From: Bacteroidota bacterium
Lineage (GTDB): Bacteria; Bacteroidota; Bacteroidia; 2-12-FULL-35-15
Length of the DNA stretch: 64,000 nt
NCBI GenBank assembly: GCA_021323165.1
Contig: JAJTCJ010000026.1
Span: 1,804-65,803, forward strand
Direction of reading: 5' to 3'
The notes below the pieces were generated by a model, which was given only the letters and a program-made list of their open reading frames with translations, did no database searches and was not told where the DNA came from. Position 1 is the first letter of the stretch; each line of letters opens with the position of its first letter. The position numbers were made by a program, and so were the translations under genes. Shown in pieces: positions 47,396 through 56,921 of the stretch.

Positions 47396-47947
47396 ATGCA
47401 ATTCGAAACAATTGAAACACCCAGCCTTCTCCTAAAAGCACTTTCTCCTCAGTACATGAAGCATATTTTTGAGAATCATTCAGACGAAGAGATAAAGATG
47501 ATTTTGGGGCACCAATCAGAAAAAGATTTTTTAGACGAAAAAGACAAATACCAGGATGGGTATTTCGCTTATGACCCCAGCTTTAAAAAATTTCTTATGA
47601 CAGATAAAGAATCGGGAACCACTATCGGACGCTGCGGCTTTCATAACTGGAATAAAGGGCACAGGCGGGCTGAAATTGGCTATACCATGACGAACGAAAA
47701 TTATAAGAGAAAAGGGTTCATGACAGAAGCTGCGGAAGCAATTATAGAATACGGCTTCAACAAAATGAATTTACACAGAATTGAAGCGCTGGTAGGTCCG
47801 GCAAATGTTCCTTCTTTGAGGATAATGGAAAAGTTTAACTTTGTAAAGGAAGGAATATTAAGAGAACATCATTTAACTGCAGATAAGTTTGAAAACTCAT
47901 TTATGTTTTCGAAGCTGCATCATGAATTTGTAAAAGAAAAATTATAA
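47396..47947 (+). CDS. GNAT-family N-acetyltransferase (RimJ/RimL-like)
   Basis: The acetyl-CoA site is 'IGYTMTNENYKRKGFMTEAAEAIIEYGF', and 'NLHRIEALV' follows. Confidence 0.7.
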   Translation: MQFETIETPSLLLKALSPQYMKHIFENHSDEEIKMILGHQSEKDFLDEKDKYQDGYFAYDPSFKKFLMTDKESGTTIGRCGFHNWNKGHRRAEIGYTMTNENYKRKGFMTEAAEAIIEYGFNKMNLHRIEALVGPANVPSLRIMEKFNFVKEGILREHHLTADKFENSFMFSKLHHEFVKEKL

Positions 47948-47964
47948 ATTATAAACCAAAAACT

Positions 47965-48132
47965 ATGTTAAGATTATATATGCCCCTGGCTTTTTTAGTC
48001 CTTTTTATTGGCTGGATCTTGTATCGTTTACTTGTTAAGAGAGACCTGAAGAAAAATTTAAATGGCGTGTATATGGGATTATTCTTTATAGAAGTGTGGT
48101 CAGTGATCTTTTATTTATGTTTAAATAATTAA
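47965..48132 (+). CDS. possible small membrane protein (55 aa), below the ORF-track cutoff
   Basis: 'MLRLYMPLAFLVLFIGWILYRLLVKRDLKKNL...' has one clear TM helix. Confidence 0.25.
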   Translation: MLRLYMPLAFLVLFIGWILYRLLVKRDLKKNLNGVYMGLFFIEVWSVIFYLCLNN

Positions 48133-48140
48133 CCCTAGAA

Positions 48141-48332
48141 ATGAAAACTCCAACAACCATAAAACTAAGAGATGGTGATCAATGCAAGGTAATTGCAGGA
48201 ACACATGCAGGAAAATCAGGGACAGTAACGGATATAAACACCAGCAAAACAGGTCATATCACAATCACTGTTGTTCAAAAGAATGGTGGTCGCTTTAAGA
48301 CTCTTGGAAAGAATGTGGTGGTAGAGAGCTAA
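48141..48332 (+). CDS. small KOW-like domain protein (63 aa)
   Basis: 'GDQCKVIAGTHAGKSGTV' resembles a KOW motif. Confidence 0.4.
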   Translation: MKTPTTIKLRDGDQCKVIAGTHAGKSGTVTDINTSKTGHITITVVQKNGGRFKTLGKNVVVES

Positions 48333-48341
48333 GAGTTTGAC

Positions 48342-49220
48342 TTACGCAAACCTTTTCAAGATCATCTCCACTTCCATCACATAACTACCTCCAAAAAGAT
48401 TGACATGAACCATTAGCGGGTAGAGATTACAAAGGTCAATCCTTTCTTTCCAGCCATTCTCCAGCGGAAAATGTTCATTGTAAGCCCGATAAAACGAATC
48501 ATCAAAACCACCGAATAACTTTGTCATTGCAATATCCATTTCACGGTGACCATAATAAACAGCGGGATCAAAAATACAGGGAGTATTTTCTTTACTGATC
48601 ATAAAATTCCCACTCCAGAGATCACCATGTAATAACGAAGGTTTTTCGGATGGAAATAAATTATCCATTTTCTTAAAGAGCTTTTCAAACAATACATTCA
48701 TTGCTGAATTGACTTTTCTGTCATCAAATGCCAGCTTCAACTGTTTCCTTAATCGTTCTTCGATAAAAAATTCTGACCAGGATGAATGAAAAGAATTTGT
48801 TTGCTTCAATGATCCAATATAATTATCCTGATCAAGTCCGAAATACTTATTTGTATGAGAATGCATATCCGCAAACAACCGGCCGAATTCCCTGAAAGAG
48901 GCAGAAGTCTTTGAGCCCGCTTCAATGTATTCAAGAACAAGAAAACTTGTTTCGGTGCTTTTGTTTAAAACAATAAATTCAGGAATTTTTAATGTGGAAT
49001 TATCTGCGAGAAGCTGAAGGCCTTTTACTTCCGCTTCAAACATTCCGGGAAATTTATCCGGATCGTTTAACTTAAGGAAGTAAGAACCATTTGTGGTTTC
49101 TATCCGATAAGCATCATTGATACTTCCACCACTTACACTTTCATATTTTGAAATATGAATTGGCTTGCCAAATTTCTCCGACAAGTTTTCTTCTATGAAA
49201 GATCTGACTGAAGCTTTCAA
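48342..49220 (-). CDS. fructosamine/ketosamine kinase family protein
   Basis: 'LLHGDLWSGNFM' is the diagnostic catalytic motif, and the protein is about 292 aa. Confidence 0.75.
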   Translation of the reverse strand: MKASVRSFIEENLSEKFGKPIHISKYESVSGGSINDAYRIETTNGSYFLKLNDPDKFPGMFEAEVKGLQLLADNSTLKIPEFIVLNKSTETSFLVLEYIEAGSKTSASFREFGRLFADMHSHTNKYFGLDQDNYIGSLKQTNSFHSSWSEFFIEERLRKQLKLAFDDRKVNSAMNVLFEKLFKKMDNLFPSEKPSLLHGDLWSGNFMISKENTPCIFDPAVYYGHREMDIAMTKLFGGFDDSFYRAYNEHFPLENGWKERIDLCNLYPLMVHVNLFGGSYVMEVEMILKRFA

Positions 49221-49224
49221 GGTC

Positions 49225-51228
49225 TTACTTCGGTTGTGGCGGAATTAAGCCCAGCTTTTCAAGATCTTCCAGGTAAACACGCTTACCATTGTATATAGCA
49301 GTTACGAAAGCATCCTTTTGTCCGGCCGCACGAACCTTATCCTTATGTCCAGATGCTTCATTTAAAGTTTTAAATGAACCTCCGATGGTGAATCGGGTTA
49401 TACCGTCATTCAGAACCAGCTTTTCCACTTTACCCATACCTTTTAAGAACTGGTAGTTGTAATTTTTAGGAAGGTTGTATGCAGCAATCTGAACTTTAAA
49501 TTCCAGGCCTTCTTTGGTAGAATTACCTATATCGCTTACCGGAGGTGTTGTCACAGGAACTGGTGGAATAGGTTTTACTGCAGCCGTATCTGTTTTTGCT
49601 AAAAGAGAATCTGTCTTTGGAAGTGTATCTTTTGGAATATTAAAATTAATATTCACCACTTTTTCTGTAAACTCAGCTAAAGCGATAGCCTCCACTTTCA
49701 CTGTTTGAGAAGGATAATCCTTTAATGAATATGTAACTTTATAATTCGCACCGGCAGGTAAGTTCACAAGATAATCTCCGCTAAGGGAATTGGAAGTAAA
49801 ATCTCGGTACACCTGATTCTTGTCTTCGATCTCTACTTTAATTGAAGCCATAACTGCCTTGTCATCAACCGTTGTTTTTCCGCTTAGCATATATACAGGA
49901 GGAGCTTTTATGATATTACTTACATCAACGGTGTAGATATCCTGCAATCCGAATCCTCCGGCTTTTCCGGAAGCATAATATCCGCGCTTTCCATTTGCCG
50001 CGAGCACAAAATAAATATCTTCATCCGGGGTATTAATAGGATAGCCCAGGTTAACCGGCTTTGTCCATGACGAATCTTTCGGATCAATGGTTGATTTAAA
50101 AATATCGTAATAACCCATACTGTTCCAGCCTTTTGAGCTGTATAGTAACGTTACACCATCAGGATGAATAAAAGGAGCATCATCATCATAAACAGTATTT
50201 ATGGTCGGACCAAGGTTGGTAACTCTTCCCCATGATCCGTCCTGCATCAGAGTTGCACGATAAAGATCCTTTCCACCATAACCACCGGATTTCTCGCTGG
50301 AAAAATAAAGTGTTTTTTCATCAGCAGTCAATGAAGCGCTTCCCTCCCATGCACCTGTATTCACATCCCCAACAAGCTTTTCGGGCGTGCTCCAGCTTTC
50401 ACCGGTGAGGGTGCTTAAATAAATATCACCTCCATCATAACTGTTATCACGGAAAATAAATAATTTTTGTCCGTCATTGGAGATAGCGATAGCTGCATCA
50501 TGAACATTTGTATTGATATTCGGCCCGATACTGCTTGGAGAAACCCAGTGATCGCCTTCTTTATGAGTTATAAAAACATCTTCATAATAGATACCAAGCT
50601 CATCCGACATGTTCATTGCATTCTGCTTACCTCCTGTACTCTGATCTCCGCGATATGTAAATATCATCACCTGTTCATCTGAAGAGATCACCGGAACATA
50701 CTCCGAATTAACCGTATTCATTATCTCACCGATATTTTCTATTTGTGCTTCTACAGGTGCAGCAACCAGTACCTTTGCATTCTTACAATATTCTGCAAGC
50801 TGTAAGGCTTTTAGTTTTTTCTCTTCAGTTATTTTTTTATTGGAAGTAAATTTCTCAATAGAAGCCAAAGCCTCATCAAACTTATAGTTGTAATGATATG
50901 CTCTTGCCAGATCGTATTCTATGTCCCCCGCTTTTTTATTCTTTTCATACACCTGGAGCAAAAGTTCAAGTGCACGGCCATGCATATCACTTCTGTATAA
51001 CCCACAGGTTCCCACAACATATTTCAGATACATTTCTTTAGGATGGCTTTGTAACAATGCATCAAAGATTGGCAGTGCCATGACAAAATTCTCATCTTCA
51101 AACATTGCCTGTGCCTTAACAAGAGAATCAGTTTCAGTTTTTCTCCATTTACGCGTTTTCATTGTTCCCTGGGAGAACAATGTATTTGAATAAACAATAA
51201 CAGTCAGCAGAAGTATAACTTTTTGCAT
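49225..51228 (-). CDS. TPR + TolB-like (PD40) beta-propeller + C-terminal SPOR-like domain protein
   Basis: There are N-terminal TPR units. The beta-propeller region has repeated 'SP..S.DG..LYF' units. The C-terminus 'FKVQIAAYNLPKNY...ITRFTIGGSFKTLNEAS...AFVTAIYNGKR' is SPOR-like. Confidence 0.65.
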   Translation of the reverse strand: MQKVILLLTVIVYSNTLFSQGTMKTRKWRKTETDSLVKAQAMFEDENFVMALPIFDALLQSHPKEMYLKYVVGTCGLYRSDMHGRALELLLQVYEKNKKAGDIEYDLARAYHYNYKFDEALASIEKFTSNKKITEEKKLKALQLAEYCKNAKVLVAAPVEAQIENIGEIMNTVNSEYVPVISSDEQVMIFTYRGDQSTGGKQNAMNMSDELGIYYEDVFITHKEGDHWVSPSSIGPNINTNVHDAAIAISNDGQKLFIFRDNSYDGGDIYLSTLTGESWSTPEKLVGDVNTGAWEGSASLTADEKTLYFSSEKSGGYGGKDLYRATLMQDGSWGRVTNLGPTINTVYDDDAPFIHPDGVTLLYSSKGWNSMGYYDIFKSTIDPKDSSWTKPVNLGYPINTPDEDIYFVLAANGKRGYYASGKAGGFGLQDIYTVDVSNIIKAPPVYMLSGKTTVDDKAVMASIKVEIEDKNQVYRDFTSNSLSGDYLVNLPAGANYKVTYSLKDYPSQTVKVEAIALAEFTEKVVNINFNIPKDTLPKTDSLLAKTDTAAVKPIPPVPVTTPPVSDIGNSTKEGLEFKVQIAAYNLPKNYNYQFLKGMGKVEKLVLNDGITRFTIGGSFKTLNEASGHKDKVRAAGQKDAFVTAIYNGKRVYLEDLEKLGLIPPQPK

Positions 51229-51278
51229 AAGAATAAAGATTGATGGGCTTTCTCAAAAATAACTAAATTTACGTATAA

Positions 51279-51494
51279 ATGAATCTGAAGGTTCCACATA
51301 CTCCAAATATGTTCCGCGAAAATATTCGTATCGGGCTTGAAGTTGATGTTGTTTTAAAGAAAGATCAGCGAACAGGCAAAAGAACACGCGGAAAAGTTCG
51401 TGCAATATTAACCAGCAGTCCGTTCCATTCAAGAGGCATAAAGGTCATGCTTGATACAAGACAGGTTGGCCGGGTACAGGAAATAATCGGTTAG
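51279..51494 (+). CDS. YwbE family protein (DUF2196); likely starts at Met 51309
   Basis: 'MFRENIRIGLEVDVVLKKDQRTGKRTRGKVRAILTSSPFHSRGIKVMLDTRQVGRVQEI' is the signature of the roughly 60-aa YwbE family. Confidence 0.6.
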   Translation: MNLKVPHTPNMFRENIRIGLEVDVVLKKDQRTGKRTRGKVRAILTSSPFHSRGIKVMLDTRQVGRVQEIIG

Positions 51495-54310
51495 TTGATC
51501 TTCCTTCCAAAGAAATTATTCGCGATCAGTTCCTGAAGCAACATACGTTTTCCCTGGTACATTGCTGTGATCCACGCATCTTTAGTTCCAAGACGGATAC
51601 ATTCCTGTCGGAAAGCTTCAGCATCTTTGATGGTGTTAAAATCACGCATAGTGAAACGTGTGATACCATCGGGATAAGGTGTTACTAATGCCGGTGGCGG
51701 TTCAAGAGATTTCAGATTCTTATGCTTAAAGTTCTGAGGCTTGCGGTAAGCACCTATCTGAACTCGGAACGTTAACCCTTCTGCACAAATATTCCCTGCC
51801 TGGCTGATCAGGCTGTTGTATATTTCCTTGTTGTTAAGATCCTTTCCAACAAATGCAGAGAAATCTGTGTTGGCTCCCGGATCACATGGATTAACAAATT
51901 CTTCCATTGTTTTTCTTACACCGAAGAAGAAAACAGTAACAATAGATTTAGAAGCTTCGGGTTCCTTTTCAACTAAATTTTTCTTAAAGGCATCTGCATC
52001 AGCAAGTGTTTTGAACGGGCCAAAAGTATAACGGATCTTTCCATCAGGATAAACCTTCTTATCTATCTTACCATATTTTTTAAGATGATCCAGTTTGAAA
52101 TCTGCTTCATTGTCAACTGCGGCAATTTCCACTTTGTATGATAGTCCTGCAATTTCTGACTTCCCGTTATCCTTCACCATTCCACTCATTACTTCACCAT
52201 TGTTCAAAGCAACTATACCTTTCTGACTCTTAATAACTTTGGTTTCTGTTGGCGCAACATAATCTCTCCTGGTGTATTCCGAAGCATAGAACTGCTGAAC
52301 TAATCGTCTCGAATTACATGAGTCAACAGTAACTGTAGTATTCTTTAATGAAGTATCTTTTTCTATGATCCTGTATTTATAGATCTCCGCATCCAGCAGT
52401 GATTTAAAATTACCTACATAAAAAGTAGTATTTCCGTTGCTGTCTTTTCTTGCTTTGATACTGTCGATACCTGTAAGTTTTTCAGGATGGAAATCTTCAG
52501 GGTTTTCAAACGTTCCCATCTCTACATTAAAAGTGATGCATGATTCTTTTTTATCACCATGTTTCTTCAGGATATCCTGGTAAACGCGGGTTTCATAAAC
52601 TTCCGCTTTCTTTTCTTCATTATAACGCTGGATCTGACTGTTGATCTGAGTCTGGATAACATCAGAAGAATCCTTCACTGCAACAATATCATTCTCCTTT
52701 TTATAACCTTCAGAATAAACTTTAAAATCTTTCTGAACCTGAACATACGTATCAAGGTTCTTTACATTCACATACTGGTATTGTGCTTCGTAACCTTCAA
52801 CCTCAATCGCTACTTTATAGTTATTACCGGGAGTTAAGGCAATGATATATTTTCCGGAAGAAGAATTGGAATGGTAAGAACCCTGCTTTTCACCTGTATC
52901 GGCATTTGTAACACTGATCTTTGCATCAACCGGTTTATCATCTGCCATTACAGTACCAACAACGAGAGCCAGTACAGGACGTTCTCCTTCAAATGCAGGA
53001 ATCACTTCATAAATATCCTGTTGTCCGAAACCGCCATTTCTGTCAGAAGAAAAATATCCGTGTTCACCATCTGCAGTTAATACATAAAAACGTTCATCTT
53101 CAGTGGTATTGATAGGTCCGCCAATATTTACAGGCTCTCCCCATTTACCCCCGCGGAATGTTGAATACATAATATCATATCCGCCAATACTAGAATGCCC
53201 TTCCGAACTGAAGAATAATGTAATACCATCAGGATGTATGAAGGGCGAATCATCATTATAAGGCGTATTAACTGATGGGCCCATATTTTCAGCCTTACCC
53301 CATGAACCATCAGGCATTTTCTTACTTAAATAAATATCTCTCCCACCTAATCCACCCGGACGCTCACTCGCGAAATATAATGTACTTTCATTTGCAGAAA
53401 GAGAAACGCTTCCCTCCCAGTACTTAGTGTTGATCTCAGGACCAAGAGGCTCAGGGGTTCCCCAAACTTCACCCTTTAATAAACTCATGTAAATATCACC
53501 ACCATCTTTTTCAGTACTGTGGAAAACGAATAATTTTTGACCGTCCGCAGACAATGCGATACTTGCATCATGATTAACAGTGTTGATGTTTGACCCAATA
53601 CTCGAAGGAGTAAGCCACTTGTCACCCAAACGGTAAGAAACAAAAACATCTTCATAATAGTTCCCATTAGGATCCGGTGCGAAATTATCATCCATTAATC
53701 CACCGGTACTATTTGGGCCGGCATATGTATATATAAGAACAGATTCATCAGAAGAGATCACTGGAACATATTCTCTATGTTCAGTATTGATCACCTCACC
53801 CACATTTTTGATCTCACACTTCACTTTAAGCTCAACGAAAGCCTTACCATTCTTACTGTTCTCAATATATCTGTCAGTCAATAAACGCTGGTTAATAGGA
53901 GGAGCTGTTCCCAGATATTTCTTAAATGCAGCGATAGCCTCATCAAATTTATAATTCAAATGATATGCTCTTCCAATGTAAAAATCGATATCCGGTGCAT
54001 CGGGAGCCGATTCTGCCACCTGCGTGAGAAGTTCGATCGATCTCATTTTCTCATCACTTTTATATAATAAAGAAATACCGGTTTTGTATTTATAATAAAG
54101 TTCAGTTGGATGCGCATTCATTAATTCCTGATACAAAGGAAGAGCACGCAGATAATTTTCTTCACTAAAGAAAAATTCAGCATTCTGTAGTTTGGTTTTA
54201 TCCTCTTTGCTTAAGGCCTTAACATTTGGAGTAAGATCTTTTTGTGCTACCATCGATGCGTGGCAGAAGAACAGTAGCAGAACTGAGATAATAAATATTA
54301 TTCTTTTCAT
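51491..54310 (-). CDS. TPR + PD40 beta-propeller + CarboxypepD_reg-like + two SPOR-like modules protein (paralog of 49225..51228)
   Basis: The architecture matches its paralogue, with an added 'ALVVGTVMADDKPVDAKISVTNADTGEKQGSY' carboxypeptidase-regulatory-like domain. It ends in two SPOR-like modules, 'YKVEIAAVDNEADF' and 'FRVQIGAYRKPQNF'. Confidence 0.65.
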   Translation of the reverse strand: MKRIIFIISVLLLFFCHASMVAQKDLTPNVKALSKEDKTKLQNAEFFFSEENYLRALPLYQELMNAHPTELYYKYKTGISLLYKSDEKMRSIELLTQVAESAPDAPDIDFYIGRAYHLNYKFDEAIAAFKKYLGTAPPINQRLLTDRYIENSKNGKAFVELKVKCEIKNVGEVINTEHREYVPVISSDESVLIYTYAGPNSTGGLMDDNFAPDPNGNYYEDVFVSYRLGDKWLTPSSIGSNINTVNHDASIALSADGQKLFVFHSTEKDGGDIYMSLLKGEVWGTPEPLGPEINTKYWEGSVSLSANESTLYFASERPGGLGGRDIYLSKKMPDGSWGKAENMGPSVNTPYNDDSPFIHPDGITLFFSSEGHSSIGGYDIMYSTFRGGKWGEPVNIGGPINTTEDERFYVLTADGEHGYFSSDRNGGFGQQDIYEVIPAFEGERPVLALVVGTVMADDKPVDAKISVTNADTGEKQGSYHSNSSSGKYIIALTPGNNYKVAIEVEGYEAQYQYVNVKNLDTYVQVQKDFKVYSEGYKKENDIVAVKDSSDVIQTQINSQIQRYNEEKKAEVYETRVYQDILKKHGDKKESCITFNVEMGTFENPEDFHPEKLTGIDSIKARKDSNGNTTFYVGNFKSLLDAEIYKYRIIEKDTSLKNTTVTVDSCNSRRLVQQFYASEYTRRDYVAPTETKVIKSQKGIVALNNGEVMSGMVKDNGKSEIAGLSYKVEIAAVDNEADFKLDHLKKYGKIDKKVYPDGKIRYTFGPFKTLADADAFKKNLVEKEPEASKSIVTVFFFGVRKTMEEFVNPCDPGANTDFSAFVGKDLNNKEIYNSLISQAGNICAEGLTFRVQIGAYRKPQNFKHKNLKSLEPPPALVTPYPDGITRFTMRDFNTIKDAEAFRQECIRLGTKDAWITAMYQGKRMLLQELIANNFFGRKIN

Positions 54311-54558
54311 AAGTATCTTTTTACCAATCGAAGCAAACGGATGAAGTCTTTTTAAATAGGATGCACTAAATTGAAGATAAATGAAAACGATTCAACTATA
54401 AGAATATCAAACTTATAAACACAACATCGTTAATAAAGCCGTTTCATTTTATAGTAATTCCGTTTAAAAACCTTGTAAAATCGACTATATCATCTATTAA
54501 TGCTCACTGTATGTTTAAGAGCGAATATTTCCGTATTTTCGGGTTAATAAACTTAACA

Positions 54559-55200
54559 ATGGAATTTTTAGATAAACATATAGAAGATTATTCTTTAGAT
54601 CATTCATCTGCAGAAAGTGATATCTTAAAAAAGATAAATCGTGAAACACATGCAAAAGTTATGCAGCCACGCATGCTTTCCGGGCACATGCAGGGAAACT
54701 TTCTTTCAATGATCAGCCAAATGATACAGCCTGAACAGGTCCTTGAAATAGGAACATATACGGGCTATTCAGCTGTATGCCTTGCGCAGGGGCTTACAGA
54801 AAAAGGCCAGCTGCATACGATCGATGTAAATGAAGAGCTTGAAAAAACAGTGAGAGGATATATAAAAGAGGCAAAGCTTGAAAACAAAATAAAGTATTAT
54901 ATAGGTGATGCATTGCAGATCATTCCTGCAATAAATGAAATGTTTGATATCGTGTTCATAGATGCTGACAAAAAAAATTACTGCAATTATTACGATCTGA
55001 TCTTTGATAAAGTAAAACCAGGAGGATTCATTATAGCAGACAATGTTCTCTGGAGCGGAAAAGTTCTTGATCTTCAGAAGAACAAGGATCATGATACTGT
55101 AATGATAGATGTTTACAATAAAAAGGTTCACAATGATCCCAGAGTAGAGCATATGCTGTTACCTTTGCGTGACGGACTAATGATTGCAAGAAAGAAATGA
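54559..55200 (+). CDS. class I SAM-dependent O-methyltransferase (family 3, caffeoyl-CoA OMT-like)
   Basis: The SAM-binding stretch is 'VLEIGTYTGYSAVCLAQGL', followed by 'FIDADKKNY'. The start is taken at the internal Met (the ORF track starts at 54511). Confidence 0.75.
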   Translation: MEFLDKHIEDYSLDHSSAESDILKKINRETHAKVMQPRMLSGHMQGNFLSMISQMIQPEQVLEIGTYTGYSAVCLAQGLTEKGQLHTIDVNEELEKTVRGYIKEAKLENKIKYYIGDALQIIPAINEMFDIVFIDADKKNYCNYYDLIFDKVKPGGFIIADNVLWSGKVLDLQKNKDHDTVMIDVYNKKVHNDPRVEHMLLPLRDGLMIARKK

Positions 55201-55330
55201 TTTCAAATTTCAGATTTCAAATTCCGGAGGAATAGTCAGTTCGTCCCGATGGCTATCAGGATGAGCATTCTCTACTCGAAGTACAGGAACCAGAAATAAA
55301 TTTATAGTCTACAATAAAATATTTATAACA

Positions 55331-56347
55331 ATGATAATTGATCTAAGAAGCGATACGGTTACAAAGCCGAATAAAGCAATGCTTGAAGCAATATTCAATG
55401 CAGAGGTCGGTGATGATGTTTTCGGAGAAGAACCAACAGTAAATGCTCTTGAAGCGAAAGCTGCAAAACTGTTCGGCATGGAAGCGGCTTTGTTTTGTCC
55501 TTCCGGAACTATGACAAATCAGATCGCGATCAAAGTACATACACAGCCCGGTGATGAAGTGTTATGTGACAGCACAGCTCATATCTATAATTATGAAGGA
55601 GGAGGAATTGCTTTTAATTCAGGAGTTCAGGCGAAACTAATAGCTGGCGAACGCGGACGGATCTCCGCTCAGCAGGTTGCTGAAAGCATTAATCCTCCCT
55701 TAGACTGGCTTACAAGAACCAGCCTTGTATGTGTTGAGAATACTGCTAACCGTGCGGGAGGAAGTTATTATTCACTCGCACATATGAAAGAACTTTCGGA
55801 TGTTTGTAAAAAAAACAATATAAAATATCACTTAGATGGAGCACGCGTATTCAACGCAATTGTTGAAGCGAATTATACACCTGCAGATCTTGGGAAAATA
55901 TTCGATTCAATATCTATTTGTCTTTCCAAAGGCTTAGGTGCACCGGTCGGGTCTTTGCTTTTAGGAAACAAAGAACTTATAAGCAAAGCCAGAAGGATAC
56001 GAAAAGTTTTTGGAGGAGGAATGCGCCAGGCCGGATTTCTTGCAGCAGCAGGAATCTACGCACTTGACAATAATATCAACAGACTGAAAGAAGATCATGC
56101 AAGAGCAAAGAAACTGGCTGCAACAATGAGCCAGTTGAGCTATATAGATAATGTATTGCCGGTGGATACTAACATCATTATTTTTAATCTGAATGATAAA
56201 ATGAAAGCAGAAGATTTTGTTCAGAAACTTGCTTCACACAACATAAAGGCAGTGGGCTTCGGCAAGCAGGCCATCCGTTTTGTAACTCATCTTGATTTTA
56301 ATGATGACATGCTTGCTCAAACGGAAAAAGTATTAAAAAGCTTATAA
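55331..56347 (+). CDS. ltaE: low-specificity L-threonine aldolase
   Basis: 'IDLRSDTVTKP' opens the protein. 'CPSGTMTNQIAI' and 'HLDGAR' follow, giving the PLP fold-I pattern. Confidence 0.8.
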   Translation: MIIDLRSDTVTKPNKAMLEAIFNAEVGDDVFGEEPTVNALEAKAAKLFGMEAALFCPSGTMTNQIAIKVHTQPGDEVLCDSTAHIYNYEGGGIAFNSGVQAKLIAGERGRISAQQVAESINPPLDWLTRTSLVCVENTANRAGGSYYSLAHMKELSDVCKKNNIKYHLDGARVFNAIVEANYTPADLGKIFDSISICLSKGLGAPVGSLLLGNKELISKARRIRKVFGGGMRQAGFLAAAGIYALDNNINRLKEDHARAKKLAATMSQLSYIDNVLPVDTNIIIFNLNDKMKAEDFVQKLASHNIKAVGFGKQAIRFVTHLDFNDDMLAQTEKVLKSL

Positions 56348-56364
56348 ATTCTAATCATACAAAA

Positions 56365-56919
56365 ATGCACAAGATCGCGATCATATCAGGAAGTGTCAGA
56401 ACAGGAAGACAGAGTCATTATGTTGCTGAATATTTTAACAATTACATAAAAGAAAACAAACTTGCAGACTCAGAGATCCTGGACCTTATGGAATATAATT
56501 TTCCGATCTTTGATGAACGTCTTTCTAAGATGCCCTCTCCGCCAGAACAATTATTAAGCTTTTCTAAAAAGATACAAGATGCGAATATCGTGATCATCGT
56601 TTATCCTGAATACAACGGTGGATATTCGGCAAGCATAAAAAACGCGATCGATCTGCTTTATAATGAATGGCATCATAAGCCAATCGGTTTGGTAAGTGTT
56701 TCCTCAGGGAATTTCGGTGGCGTAAATGCTACGTCTCTTTTGCAAACAGTACTTGTTAAAATAAAAGCACTGCCAGTTGCAACCTTCCCTGTGCCGAATG
56801 TTCAGGATAATTTCGGTGAGAATGGAAAGGCTATGAACAAAGAAGCGAGCGATAAAAGAGCATCTTCTTTTATGAAGGAGTTACTTTGGTTCGCGGATTC
56901 GGTGAATAAGATGAAATAA
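56365..56919 (+). CDS. NADPH-dependent FMN reductase family protein
   Basis: The N-terminus 'KIAIISGSVRTGRQS' and the motif 'YPEYNGGYSASIKNAID' identify the family. Confidence 0.7.
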   Translation: MHKIAIISGSVRTGRQSHYVAEYFNNYIKENKLADSEILDLMEYNFPIFDERLSKMPSPPEQLLSFSKKIQDANIVIIVYPEYNGGYSASIKNAIDLLYNEWHHKPIGLVSVSSGNFGGVNATSLLQTVLVKIKALPVATFPVPNVQDNFGENGKAMNKEASDKRASSFMKELLWFADSVNKMK

Positions 56920-56921
56920 AC

